Notes: generated by a model from the sequence alone, not told the origin. A stretch of 57,357 bases of DNA from an uncultured Erysipelotrichaceae bacterium (GCA_902773675.1 CACYFN010000008.1:1-57357), one strand, 5' to 3'. Shown: positions 19,671 through 28,905, counted from the stretch's first letter. Numbers and translations: made by a program.

Positions 19671-20509
19671 ATGGTAGTAAATGAAATTACAGTAAATGAT
19701 TATTTAACTAAATCAAATTTACCAGATAGTGACTACGTAATTAATCCATATGTTGGTTGTACACATGGTTGTAAGTATTGTTATGCATCTTTTATGAAAA
19801 GATTTACTGGTCATAAAGAAAACTGGGGAGAAACTGGGGAGATTTTATTGATATTAAAAGATGTAATAAACCGATCGATTTAAGAAAAATTTCAGGTAAA
19901 AATATATTTTTATCTTCAGTTACTGATTGTTATAATCAATATGAAAAAGATTTTTGTATTACAAAAAATATATTAGAACAGTTAATCGATTCAGATTGTA
20001 ATTTATCTATTTCTACAAAGTCAAAATTAATTTTAAGAGATATTGATTTATTAAAACAAATGAAAAATTTGATAGTTTGTATATCTATAAATACATTGAA
20101 TGAAAAGTTTAGAAGTGATATGGATAATGCAAGTACTATAAAAGAAAGAATGGATACATTAAAAGAATTGCACAATAATGGAATTTATACTGTATTATTT
20201 ATGTCGCCAGTCTTTCCTTATATAACTGAATGGAAAGAAATAATAGATCAGACAAAAGATTATGTTGATGAATATTGGTTTGAAAATTTAAATTTAAGGG
20301 GCAATTATAAAAAAGAAATCTTAGACTATATTAGAACTAATTATTCAGATTTATACTCAGATTATATTGATATATATTTAAAGAAAAATAATAAATATTG
20401 GAAAGATTTAGCTGAAGAAATAAATAATTATTGTAATCTAAATAACATTAATTATACAAATTATTTCTATCATAAAGAATTAGTTGAGAAGAAGAAAGAA
20501 GGTAATTAA
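19671..20509 (+). pseudogene. Radical SAM protein (spore photoproduct lyase-like family), frameshifted
   Basis: INPYVGCTHGCKYCYA (CxxxCxxC); 11-bp duplication aactggggaga at 19821-19842; removing one copy gives NWGDFIDIK..IFLSSVTDCY..ISTKSKLILRDIDLL continuous with ORF 20060-20509. Confidence 0.85.
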
Positions 20510-20981
20510 ATGATTGAAAATTTTTTAATAGAAGCAAAAAAGCAAACATACGCTAATGAAAATGCTCCAAAAATTGATAGTTCAAGATTGAATTCTAAAG
20601 ATTACGAATATAAAAAAGGTAATATGATTTATCATGATACCTATTTTGGTGGTACGAACTTTATTGGAGACGAACTTTATTGGAGAAGAAGTTGTTTATA
20701 TAGATAATCAAACATATTGGGCTATGAATTATTATGGAACAACTTTAGATGAAACACTAGGCGAAGAAGCTATGGATAAAGCTTTAAGACCAGCTCTTAT
20801 GAAAGTGGGAGAAGATGTTAACGTAATTCCTGTAAGAGGACCAAAGGAATTTATTAATGGTGAATATAAGTACACTTTTGAAATAAGAGGAGACATAAAC
20901 TGTTTTAATGGTATAGAGAGTGTATATAAAAATGATGTTAAGATATATGAATTAAGATGTACAGGTGGTTTAATTAAATAA
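20510..20981 (+). pseudogene. DUF5680-like protein, frameshifted
   Basis: FLIEAKKQTYA, YHDTYFGG, GEEVV, WAMNYYG, PVRGP, GG.IK; 16-bp duplication acgaactttattggag at 20654-20685 splits the frame. Confidence 0.8.
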
Positions 20982-21001
20982 AATTGAAGGAGTTGATCCA
21001 A

Positions 21002-21203
21002 ATGAATGAAAATAAAACTAATATAAACTGGTTGTAATTATTTGCAAAACTCCTATAAAATAAGGAAAAAACAAGTATATGCTTGTTACATAATTTAATA
21101 AAAATATAAAAATAATAATAAAAACAATTAAAAAAGTATCAAAAATGGCATAGTATTTGATACTTGGTATTGACGGTTAAAGTTTTAGTAAAGAGGTGGA
21201 AGT
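21002..21203 (+). repeat. Cassette junction 6 (left box apparently deleted)
   Basis: aaggagttgatccaa atgaatgaaaataaaactaatataaactggttg ... tacttggtattgacggttaaa ... gaggtg. Confidence 0.9.
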
Positions 21204-21689
21204 ATGCTTGATTTATCTAATATATATAAAATAACAAAACAAATAGATGAGCAATTTGCATTATATTATGGTAATGAAGAAGAAATAGTGCGAAAAAATA
21301 GATTAGAATTATTAGTTGAACTTGGTGAATTAGCTAACGAAACTAGATGTTTTAAGTATTGGTCTATAAAGCAAACAGGAGAAAAAGAAAAAGTATTGGA
21401 AGAATATATAGATTGTTTATTTATGACTTTATATTTTTCTAATATTACTGGCATATCATTAGATGAAGAATTTCCATCTTCATTAAATGGTGATATAATT
21501 GATACGTTTTTAAGTTTAAATAAATTCGCAAGTAGTATAAGTGTTGTACCTAAAAAAGAAGAAGTTAAAAAAATATTGGTAGAATTAGATCATCTTGCTA
21601 AACTACTTAATTTTACAATAGAAGATTTAGAAAGAGTTACAAAAATTAAAACTAAAATTATTGAAAGCAGATTCAATAGTGAGTATTAA
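21204..21689 (+). CDS. Dimeric (all-alpha) dUTPase
   Basis: LLVELGELANETRCFKYWS, VLEEYIDCLF. Confidence 0.85.
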   Translation: MLDLSNIYKITKQIDEQFALYYGNEEEIVRKNRLELLVELGELANETRCFKYWSIKQTGEKEKVLEEYIDCLFMTLYFSNITGISLDEEFPSSLNGDIIDTFLSLNKFASSISVVPKKEEVKKILVELDHLAKLLNFTIEDLERVTKIKTKIIESRFNSEY

Positions 21690-21705
21690 AAAGGAGTTGA
21701 TCCAA

Positions 21706-21936
21706 ATGAATGAAAATAAAACTAATATAAATTGGTTGATTACGATTTATTTAACCTCTTTAAGGAATCCTTTGTTTGTAAGGCTTTGCGGAATTTAACA
21801 TCTTGCATGTTTTATGTAATAATATGTTAAAATAGACAAAAATTAGTAAAAAATGACTATTTTTATTGAAAAATAATGGAGGAATTAGTAAGGTGATTAC
21901 ACCTTTTAACCCCCCCAGAGAAAATGAGGTGAAATA
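21706..21936 (+). repeat. Cassette junction 7
   Basis: aaggagttgatccaa atgaatgaaaataaaactaatataaattggttgattacgatttatttaacc ... tgattacaccttttaacc ... tgaggtg. Confidence 0.9.
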
Positions 21937-22521
21937 ATGAAAGATTATATATTTATAATAGGACCTAGTGGAGTTGGTAAAACAACATTTGCTAAAGGTT
22001 TATTTGAACATTATAAAGGTGTTTACTTTGAACAAAATATGATTCCTGAATTTGGTATACCTGATAATGTAGATGAAGGCAAATATGAAGAAGAAATATT
22101 GTGGGAAAGCTCTATTGAATTATTAAAATATTTCCATAATAAAGGAATTAAAAATATTATTGCTTTGGATTTTAATGATTTAAGAACTAGAGAAATACCA
22201 ACAACCTTTAAAGGTACTAATTTTATTACTCTTAAATTAATTTCATCTATTTATGAACAAAATAAGAATCAAATGTTAGAACGTGGTGAAAAAGGATTAG
22301 TTGATTTAGAGCTACTTGAAGTATCAACTAAAAAGATAATGAATAGAGAATTACTTCCTAATGAAGTATTATTAGATGTTGCTAATAAATCAAAAGAAGA
22401 AGTATTAAAAGAGGCAATTAATATTATAGATAATTATGATTGTAAATTAGATTATGAATATACAGAACCATCAAAAGAATCATTTTATTCTTGGGTTCAA
22501 AGTGATGGATTAAGGAAGTGA
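21937..22521 (+). CDS. P-loop kinase/AAA-family protein
   Basis: IIGPSGVGKTT Walker A. Confidence 0.75.
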   Translation: MKDYIFIIGPSGVGKTTFAKGLFEHYKGVYFEQNMIPEFGIPDNVDEGKYEEEILWESSIELLKYFHNKGIKNIIALDFNDLRTREIPTTFKGTNFITLKLISSIYEQNKNQMLERGEKGLVDLELLEVSTKKIMNRELLPNEVLLDVANKSKEEVLKEAINIIDNYDCKLDYEYTEPSKESFYSWVQSDGLRK

Positions 22522-22527
22522 TTTTTA

Positions 22528-23403
22528 ATGAATAATGAAGAAAAAAACTTACAAAAAACGAACATTAACTGGTATCCAGGTCATATGGCTAAAACCAAAA
22601 GATTAATAATTGAAAATATAAATTTAATAGATGTTGTATATGAGGTAATAGATGCTAGAATGCCTTATTCATCTAAGATAAAGGATATTGATAATTTTAT
22701 TAAGGATAAAAAGAGAATATTAATTATGACTAAAATTGATTTATGTGATATGGATGAAACTAATAAATGGATTAAATATTATCAAGGATTAGGTTATAAA
22801 GTAATATGTTTAAATTTAGAGGGTAATACTAATTTAGATAATTTAATTAAAATGACTACTGATATTATGAAGGAAGAGAATGAAAAAAGATTAAGTAAAG
22901 GTATGAAAGTTAGAAAGACTAGAGTACTTGTTGTTGGAATTCCAAATGTTGGTAAAAGTACTTTAATTAATAGATTAGTTGGTAAAAAGGTAGCTAATGT
23001 TGGTAATATGCCTGGTGTTACTAAAAATTTAAATTGGATAAGAATTAATGATAATATAGAACTACTTGATTCTCCTGGTATTTTATGGCCTAAATTAGAT
23101 GAAGAGAATGTTGCTTTTAATTTAGCTAGTCTGACTTCTATTAAGGAAGAAATATTACCTATTGATGAAGTTGTTATTTATATATTAAATACATTAAATA
23201 AATATTATTCTAATATATTAAAAGAAAGATATGGTATTGATTATATTAGTGATGATATAGAAGAAACTTTAGAAAGTATTGGTAGAATGAGAGGTTGTCT
23301 TGTACGTGGTGGGGTAGTTGATTATGATAAAGTTTATAGTGTTGTTATGAATGATATAAAAAGTGGATTAGTGAAAGGAATTACGTTTGATAGATATGAA
23401 TAA
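22528..23403 (+). CDS. rbgA: Ribosome biogenesis GTPase RbgA/YlqF
   Basis: INWYPGHMAK, DARMP.SS, TKID, GIPNVGKSTLIN, PGVTK, LLDSPGILWP. Confidence 0.97.
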   Translation: MNNEEKNLQKTNINWYPGHMAKTKRLIIENINLIDVVYEVIDARMPYSSKIKDIDNFIKDKKRILIMTKIDLCDMDETNKWIKYYQGLGYKVICLNLEGNTNLDNLIKMTTDIMKEENEKRLSKGMKVRKTRVLVVGIPNVGKSTLINRLVGKKVANVGNMPGVTKNLNWIRINDNIELLDSPGILWPKLDEENVAFNLASLTSIKEEILPIDEVVIYILNTLNKYYSNILKERYGIDYISDDIEETLESIGRMRGCLVRGGVVDYDKVYSVVMNDIKSGLVKGITFDRYE

Positions 23404-23761
23404 TTTAAATGCATTAGTACTTGCTTATTTAGGTGATAGTATTTATGAAATAATTGTTAGAAAACATTTAATAAATATGGGTATTGCGAAAGTAAAGGAA
23501 TTACAGAAGGAAAGTATTAAATATGTAAGCGCAAGTAGTCAAGCTAAATTTTTAAAAGAGATGATGGATAATAATATTTTTAGTGATGAAGAATTAAAAA
23601 TAATTATGAATGCTCGTAATCATAAAAACAATCATAAGCCTAGAAATTGTGATATAATTACTTATAAGTATGCAACGGGATTAGAGGCTTTAATAGGATA
23701 TTTATATTTAAATGATAATAAAGATAGAATTAATGAAATTATGAATTACATTTTAAAGTAG
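23396..23761 (+). CDS. mrnC: Mini-ribonuclease III
   Basis: LAYLGDSIYE, YVSASSQA, ARN, YKYATGLEALIGYLYL. Confidence 0.92.
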   Translation: MNNLNALVLAYLGDSIYEIIVRKHLINMGIAKVKELQKESIKYVSASSQAKFLKEMMDNNIFSDEELKIIMNARNHKNNHKPRNCDIITYKYATGLEALIGYLYLNDNKDRINEIMNYILK

Positions 23762-23770
23762 GGTGATATA

Positions 23771-24550
23771 ATGCTTAAAGATAATGGCTTTAAACTTGGT
23801 GTTTATGATTATTTTTGTAAGAGTGTTAATGATAGTAGAAAAGGTGTTTTCTTAATTACTGATAAACAGAGTGTTTTTTATTCACAAGTAGAAGGTGACT
23901 ATTATACACATGATGAAATTCGAATTGAAATTGAAAAACTTATTTATCCTAATAAAAATATTAATGGATTTGATGAGATAGATCATAATAATATATTTAT
24001 TGCTTCTTTAGGACATGAATTACTTGTAGAGATACCTGATGGTAGATTAAGTTATTCAAAATTTTTACTATTTTTAAATGTATTAAGAGAAATGGATAGG
24101 TTTAATAGTAAAAAATTGAATATTAAAAAAGTAGAGTTATTAATATTAAAACGTGGTGGAACTATTTATAAGAGTGAAAAGCCTAATATGGATGATGTTA
24201 TATTTGAATTAAAAAAGTTGATAGTACACGATACTAATTTAGAAGATGAGAAAATAATTGGAAATACATTAGATAAAGATACTATTATTAATTGTATAAA
24301 GTATCAAATTGATTTGGAAAGCTGTGAGTGTTTAAGTGATTTAGATGTATCTTTAAAAAGATGTGAAAAATATAATAATGATAATTATTATTATCCATAT
24401 TTTAAAGAGATTTTTAGTGATTATGAGAGTACTAAAAGGATATTTGATGAATTAGAAAATAAATATGATGAAGATACACCTATAACAAATATTACATATG
24501 ATAATATTTTGGATAAATTAAATAGTTTTAGTAGTGTTAAAATACATTAA
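23771..24550 (+). CDS. Hypothetical protein
   Basis: 259 aa ORF with gggtga RBS between mrnC and rlmB. Confidence 0.65.
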   Translation: MLKDNGFKLGVYDYFCKSVNDSRKGVFLITDKQSVFYSQVEGDYYTHDEIRIEIEKLIYPNKNINGFDEIDHNNIFIASLGHELLVEIPDGRLSYSKFLLFLNVLREMDRFNSKKLNIKKVELLILKRGGTIYKSEKPNMDDVIFELKKLIVHDTNLEDEKIIGNTLDKDTIINCIKYQIDLESCECLSDLDVSLKRCEKYNNDNYYYPYFKEIFSDYESTKRIFDELENKYDEDTPITNITYDNILDKLNSFSSVKIH

Positions 24551-24562
24551 AGGGAGATAAAT

Positions 24563-25258
24563 ATGTTAGTATATGGTAAGAATGTTTGTTTAGAATATTT
24601 AGAAAGTAATAAAAAAATTAATAAAATATTTTTAAGTGATAAATTTAATGATAATGAAATAAAAGATTTAATCAATAGAAGACATATAAATGTTAAACAT
24701 GTTAGTAAAAATGATATGGATAGAAAATGTAGTGGTCTTCATCAAGGAATTATTATGGAAGTTGAAGATTATGAATATGCTAGTATTGATTGTATTTTAA
24801 ATAAAGATAATGCTTTAGTAGTTATATTAGATCATATTGAAGATCCTCATAATTTTGGAGCTATTATTAGAACATGTGAAGCTGCTGGAGTAGATGCGAT
24901 AATTATACCAAATGATAGAAGTGTATGCGTAAATGCTACTGTAATTAAGACTAGTGTTGGTACTACGGAGAAGGTAAATATAATAAAAGTTACTAATTTA
25001 GTTAATACAATTAATGAACTTAAAAAAAATGGTTACTGGATATTTGGTACTGATATGGATGGGGAAGATTATACTAAATTAGATTATAAAGGTAAAACTT
25101 GTATTATATGTGGCAATGAAGGTAAAGGAATGAGTCCTATAATTACTAAAAATTGTGATTTTATTGCTAGTATACCTATGAATGGAAGTGTTAATAGTTT
25201 AAATGCTTCTGTTGCTACAGGAATTATTTTATTTGAAGCAGTTAATAAAAGGAGATAG
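24563..25258 (+). CDS. rlmB: 23S rRNA (Gm2251) 2'-O-methyltransferase, TrmH/SpoU family
   Basis: HQGI, LDHIEDPHNFGAIIRT, GNEGKG, IPMNGSVNSLNASVA. Confidence 0.92.
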   Translation: MLVYGKNVCLEYLESNKKINKIFLSDKFNDNEIKDLINRRHINVKHVSKNDMDRKCSGLHQGIIMEVEDYEYASIDCILNKDNALVVILDHIEDPHNFGAIIRTCEAAGVDAIIIPNDRSVCVNATVIKTSVGTTEKVNIIKVTNLVNTINELKKNGYWIFGTDMDGEDYTKLDYKGKTCIICGNEGKGMSPIITKNCDFIASIPMNGSVNSLNASVATGIILFEAVNKRR

Positions 25259-25260
25259 TT

Positions 25261-25869
25261 ATGGATTATTCTAATTATAATGATTATGAATTACTAGATT
25301 TTATTTATGAAGGAAATGAAGAAGCTAATAATATTATTTTAGAAAAATATGATCCTTTGATAGGCTCGATAGCTAATAAAATGCTTAAATATTGTCATAA
25401 TAATGGTCTTGATTATAATGATTTACGTCAGGAAGGTTATATTGGGCTTAATTATGCAATTATCCATTTTAGGGAAGAAAAAAATGTTGTTTTTTATACA
25501 TATGTTAAAAAGTGTATTGAAAGAAAAATTATAAGTACTATTATTGGTTCTACAAGATTAAAACATAAAGCATTAAATGATTCTTTTTCTTTTGATACAG
25601 ATGATAAGATTTTAGATAGATGGTTTAAATCAGAAAGTAGTAATCCTTCAAAAATAGTTGAAAATGCTGAACTTGCGGAAGAAATAATTAAAAAGGTTAG
25701 GAAAAAATTAACTAGTATGGAAGAACAAGTTTTTGAATTAATGCTTAGTGATTTTAATTATAAGGAGATTGCTGATATATTGGATAAGGATTCTAAGGCT
25801 ATTGATAATGCTATTCAAAGGATTAGAGTTAAAGTTAAAGATGTAATGAATGATTGTATAAATAGATAA
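25261..25869 (+). CDS. sigH: Sigma-70 family factor, SigH-like
   Basis: DLRQEGYIGL..AI..F, RLKHKALN, YKEIA..L....KAIDNAIQRIRVK; lies after rlmB as in Bacilli. Confidence 0.8.
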   Translation: MDYSNYNDYELLDFIYEGNEEANNIILEKYDPLIGSIANKMLKYCHNNGLDYNDLRQEGYIGLNYAIIHFREEKNVVFYTYVKKCIERKIISTIIGSTRLKHKALNDSFSFDTDDKILDRWFKSESSNPSKIVENAELAEEIIKKVRKKLTSMEEQVFELMLSDFNYKEIADILDKDSKAIDNAIQRIRVKVKDVMNDCINR

Positions 25870-25951
25870 TTTTATCTATTTTTTTTATTTTTTTTTTAAA
25901 TATGTCGAAAAATATTTAAAAATGTGATACAATTATAATAGGAGTGATAGT

Positions 25952-27667
25952 ATGGGCATAGGAAAGTTAAAATTAGTTTTAATTATTGTTACTTTTGCTG
26001 CTTTTGCTTTTTTAATTGTTGTCTTAATTGTTAGACATGGAAAAAAGAAAAAAATTAAACGTGCTTTAGAAGAACTTGAAATAGAAAAAAATAAACTTGC
26101 TAGTTCACCAATTGTTCCTGAACTTGCTAAAGTTGAGGCATTTTTAAATAATGAAAAATTAGAAGTTTTATATAAGGAATGGACAGATAGATTAAATCAG
26201 ATAAGGGAAACACAAATACCTAGATTATCTGATATGTTACTTGAAGCTGAATATTCTTTATCACAAAGAGACTATAAACAAACTATTTATAAGATTGCAA
26301 AGTTAGAAATGGAATTATATAAAGTAAGAACTAATTCAGATTTTTTACTTGGTGAAATTAAAGAAATTACTAATAGTGAAGAGAAGAATAGATCTATTAT
26401 TACTAAGTATCGTGCTAAATATCGTGAGTTATATCAAAAATTTAATGATACAAAATCAGAATTTGGTATATTTGCTACTAATGTTAAGGCTCAATTTGAA
26501 GTAATTGCTAAAAGATTTGAAGATTTTGAAAGTATTATGGATAATAATGAGTTTACGGAAGTTAATAAGATTGTTACAATTATTGATGAACTTATTAAGC
26601 ATATGGAAATTGTTATTGAAGAAGTTCCATCAATATCATTACTTACTGGTACTATTTTACCTAAGAGAATTGATGAAATTGTTGATACTTATAATAAAAT
26701 GGTTGAAGATGGATATCCTCTTGATTACTTGAATGTTGAATATAATATTAATGAATCTAGTACAAAGATTAAAGATATTATTGAACGTACAAAAAATTTA
26801 AATATGGAATCAAATTTATTTGAACTTAAGGTTATACTTGATTATTTTGATTCTTTATTTGCTGATTTTGAAAATGAAAAGATAGCTCGTAAGTCGTATG
26901 AAGATACTAGTTATAATTTTAAAAATAAGCTTGCTAAAGTTAATGAGATTGTAGATGATATTTTTGAACAGCTTGATGAAGTTAAAAATGTTTATAATTT
27001 GAGTGATGAAAATGTAGAATCTTTAAAAGATTTACGTAAAGAACTTCAAGAAGTTAATAATAATTATAAAGTTTTACTTGATCATACAGGAAATCATACT
27101 TTTGCTTTTTCTAAGTTAGTTCATGAAATAGAGGGCTTATCTGGTAATTTAAATAAAATAGAAGAAAAATTGGATAATTCTTTGGATGCTATTGGAAGTA
27201 TGAGAGATGATGAAGTTAGAGCTCGTCAGCAATTAGAGGAAATTAAAATGGTATTAAAGGAATCTAAATTAAAGATGAGAGATTATAAATTACCTTTTAT
27301 TCCTGATAGTTATTATGTTGAACTTAAGGAAGCTAGTTTAGCTATTAAAGAAATAGTTAAAGAGTTAGATAAGAAACCTATTACTATTGAAGTACTTAAT
27401 ACAAGAGTAGATACTGCTAGGGATTTAGTTTTAAAGCTTTATACTAAAACTAAAGATTTACTTAGAACGGCTATGATGAGTGAGACTGCTATTGTATATG
27501 GTAATAGATATAGAAGTTATTATGAAGATGTTAATAGAACACTTAATTATTCAGAACAATTATTTTATAAAGGGGAATATGAAAAGTCATTAGAAAATTC
27601 TATAAGTATTTTAAATAGGATAGAGCCTGGTATTTATAGCAAATTAATGAATTTGAATGAAAAATAG
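25952..27667 (+). CDS. ezrA: Septation ring formation regulator EzrA
   Basis: N-terminal TM, long coiled coil, C-terminal IVYGNRYRS ... F..GEY..SLE ... IEPG. Confidence 0.88.
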   Translation: MGIGKLKLVLIIVTFAAFAFLIVVLIVRHGKKKKIKRALEELEIEKNKLASSPIVPELAKVEAFLNNEKLEVLYKEWTDRLNQIRETQIPRLSDMLLEAEYSLSQRDYKQTIYKIAKLEMELYKVRTNSDFLLGEIKEITNSEEKNRSIITKYRAKYRELYQKFNDTKSEFGIFATNVKAQFEVIAKRFEDFESIMDNNEFTEVNKIVTIIDELIKHMEIVIEEVPSISLLTGTILPKRIDEIVDTYNKMVEDGYPLDYLNVEYNINESSTKIKDIIERTKNLNMESNLFELKVILDYFDSLFADFENEKIARKSYEDTSYNFKNKLAKVNEIVDDIFEQLDEVKNVYNLSDENVESLKDLRKELQEVNNNYKVLLDHTGNHTFAFSKLVHEIEGLSGNLNKIEEKLDNSLDAIGSMRDDEVRARQQLEEIKMVLKESKLKMRDYKLPFIPDSYYVELKEASLAIKEIVKELDKKPITIEVLNTRVDTARDLVLKLYTKTKDLLRTAMMSETAIVYGNRYRSYYEDVNRTLNYSEQLFYKGEYEKSLENSISILNRIEPGIYSKLMNLNEK

Positions 27668-27701
27668 TGCTTTATAAGCACTTTTTTGGTAGGAGGAGTT
27701 T

Positions 27702-28895
27702 ATGTTAAAGTTTGATTTTAATACATTTATGCATATAGATGGTGAAAATGATTATAATTATAAAATTCATGATATTAGAGAAAAATTAGAAAAGAAAGAA
27801 TCAATGTTAGATTGGTATGATGTCGATACTACTATTTCTAAGAGTGAATTTGATAAAATTGTTAAAGTTAGTAATTATGTTAGAAAAAATGCAGATGTAT
27901 TTTTAGTTATTGGTATAGGTGGTTCTTATTTAGGTAGTAAAGCTATTATTGATATGTTTAAGCCATATTTTAAGAAAGATGATGTTGAAATAATATTTGC
28001 TGGTTTTAGTTTATCATCTACTTATTTAAAGGAATTACTTGATTATATTAAAGATAAAGAAGTAATTGTTAATGTTATTTCTAAAAGTGGTACTACATTA
28101 GAGCCTAATATTACTTTTAATGCGGTATATGGCATAATGAAAAAAAAATATAATAAAACACAACTTCAAAAAAGAATTATTATTACTACTGATAAGAAAA
28201 AAGGTAAGTTAAGAGAATTAATTAATAAAGAAAAGTTTATTTCTTTTAAAGTTCCAGATAATATAGGTGGAAGGTTTTCTGTTTTTACAGCAGTTGGACT
28301 TTTACCTATAGCTGTTAGTAATATAAATATTATGAGGCTTTTAGAAGGAGTTAGACGTGGTAAAAAAAATATTGATAAATGTTTTATATATGCAATTATA
28401 AGAGATATTTTATATAAAAAAGGTAGAAAGATTGAATCTTTTACAGTATATGAACCAAAATTATATTATTTTACTGAGTGGATTAAGCAATTATTTGGTG
28501 AAACTCAAGGTAAGAATAATTTGGGATTATTTCCTGTATCTGTTGTAAACTCTAGGGATCTGCACTCTTTAGGTCAGTATTATCAGCAAGGAGATCCTAT
28601 TATATTTGAAACTGTTATTAATGTAGTTAATAATAAGGATATAAAAGTTACTAATAAATCTTTAAATAAAATAAATAATATAGCTACTATAAAAGTAGCT
28701 GAAGCACATGCACCTCATACACCAAGTAATATTATATGTATGGATCATTTAAATGAAGAAAATGTTGGAGAACTTATGTATTTCTTTATGGTTTCTGCAT
28801 CAATTGGTGCTTATTTACTAGGTGTAGATCCATTTAATCAACCAGGTGTTGAGGATTATAAAAAATTGCTTATGGAAGGAATTAAAAAAATTTAG
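27702..28895 (+). CDS. pgi: Glucose-6-phosphate isomerase
   Basis: IGIGGSYLG, ISKSGTTLEP, IGGRFSV, QLFGETQGK, DLHSLGQ, DPFNQPGVEDYK. Confidence 0.95.
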   Translation: MLKFDFNTFMHIDGENDYNYKIHDIREKLEKKESMLDWYDVDTTISKSEFDKIVKVSNYVRKNADVFLVIGIGGSYLGSKAIIDMFKPYFKKDDVEIIFAGFSLSSTYLKELLDYIKDKEVIVNVISKSGTTLEPNITFNAVYGIMKKKYNKTQLQKRIIITTDKKKGKLRELINKEKFISFKVPDNIGGRFSVFTAVGLLPIAVSNINIMRLLEGVRRGKKNIDKCFIYAIIRDILYKKGRKIESFTVYEPKLYYFTEWIKQLFGETQGKNNLGLFPVSVVNSRDLHSLGQYYQQGDPIIFETVINVVNNKDIKVTNKSLNKINNIATIKVAEAHAPHTPSNIICMDHLNEENVGELMYFFMVSASIGAYLLGVDPFNQPGVEDYKKLLMEGIKKI

Positions 28896-28905
28896 GAGGT
28901 TATTT

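Larger units (their letters stand above)
13794..22572 (+). mobile_element. Tandem integron-like cassette array at the 5' end of rbgA (7 repeated junctions)
   Basis: Seven junctions with ACTAATATAAAYTGGTT encoding TNINW, the rbgA N-terminal motif; each followed by a ~170-230 bp leader and 1-2 co-oriented genes. Confidence 0.8.

Noticed and set aside
17451-21760. MNENKTNINW mini-ORFs as leader peptides or attenuators
   Set aside because: They stop at different positions, have no consistent attenuator hairpin, and match rbgA up to a fixed base; stranded gene starts explain them better, though translation is not excluded.
13794-21936. Repeated ~30-bp motif as a CRISPR array or classical integron attC sites
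   Set aside because: Spacing is 0.7-2.6 kb with whole genes between copies, no cas or intI gene is present, I saw no RYYYAAC..GTTRRRY attC hairpin, and the repeat is rbgA coding sequence.
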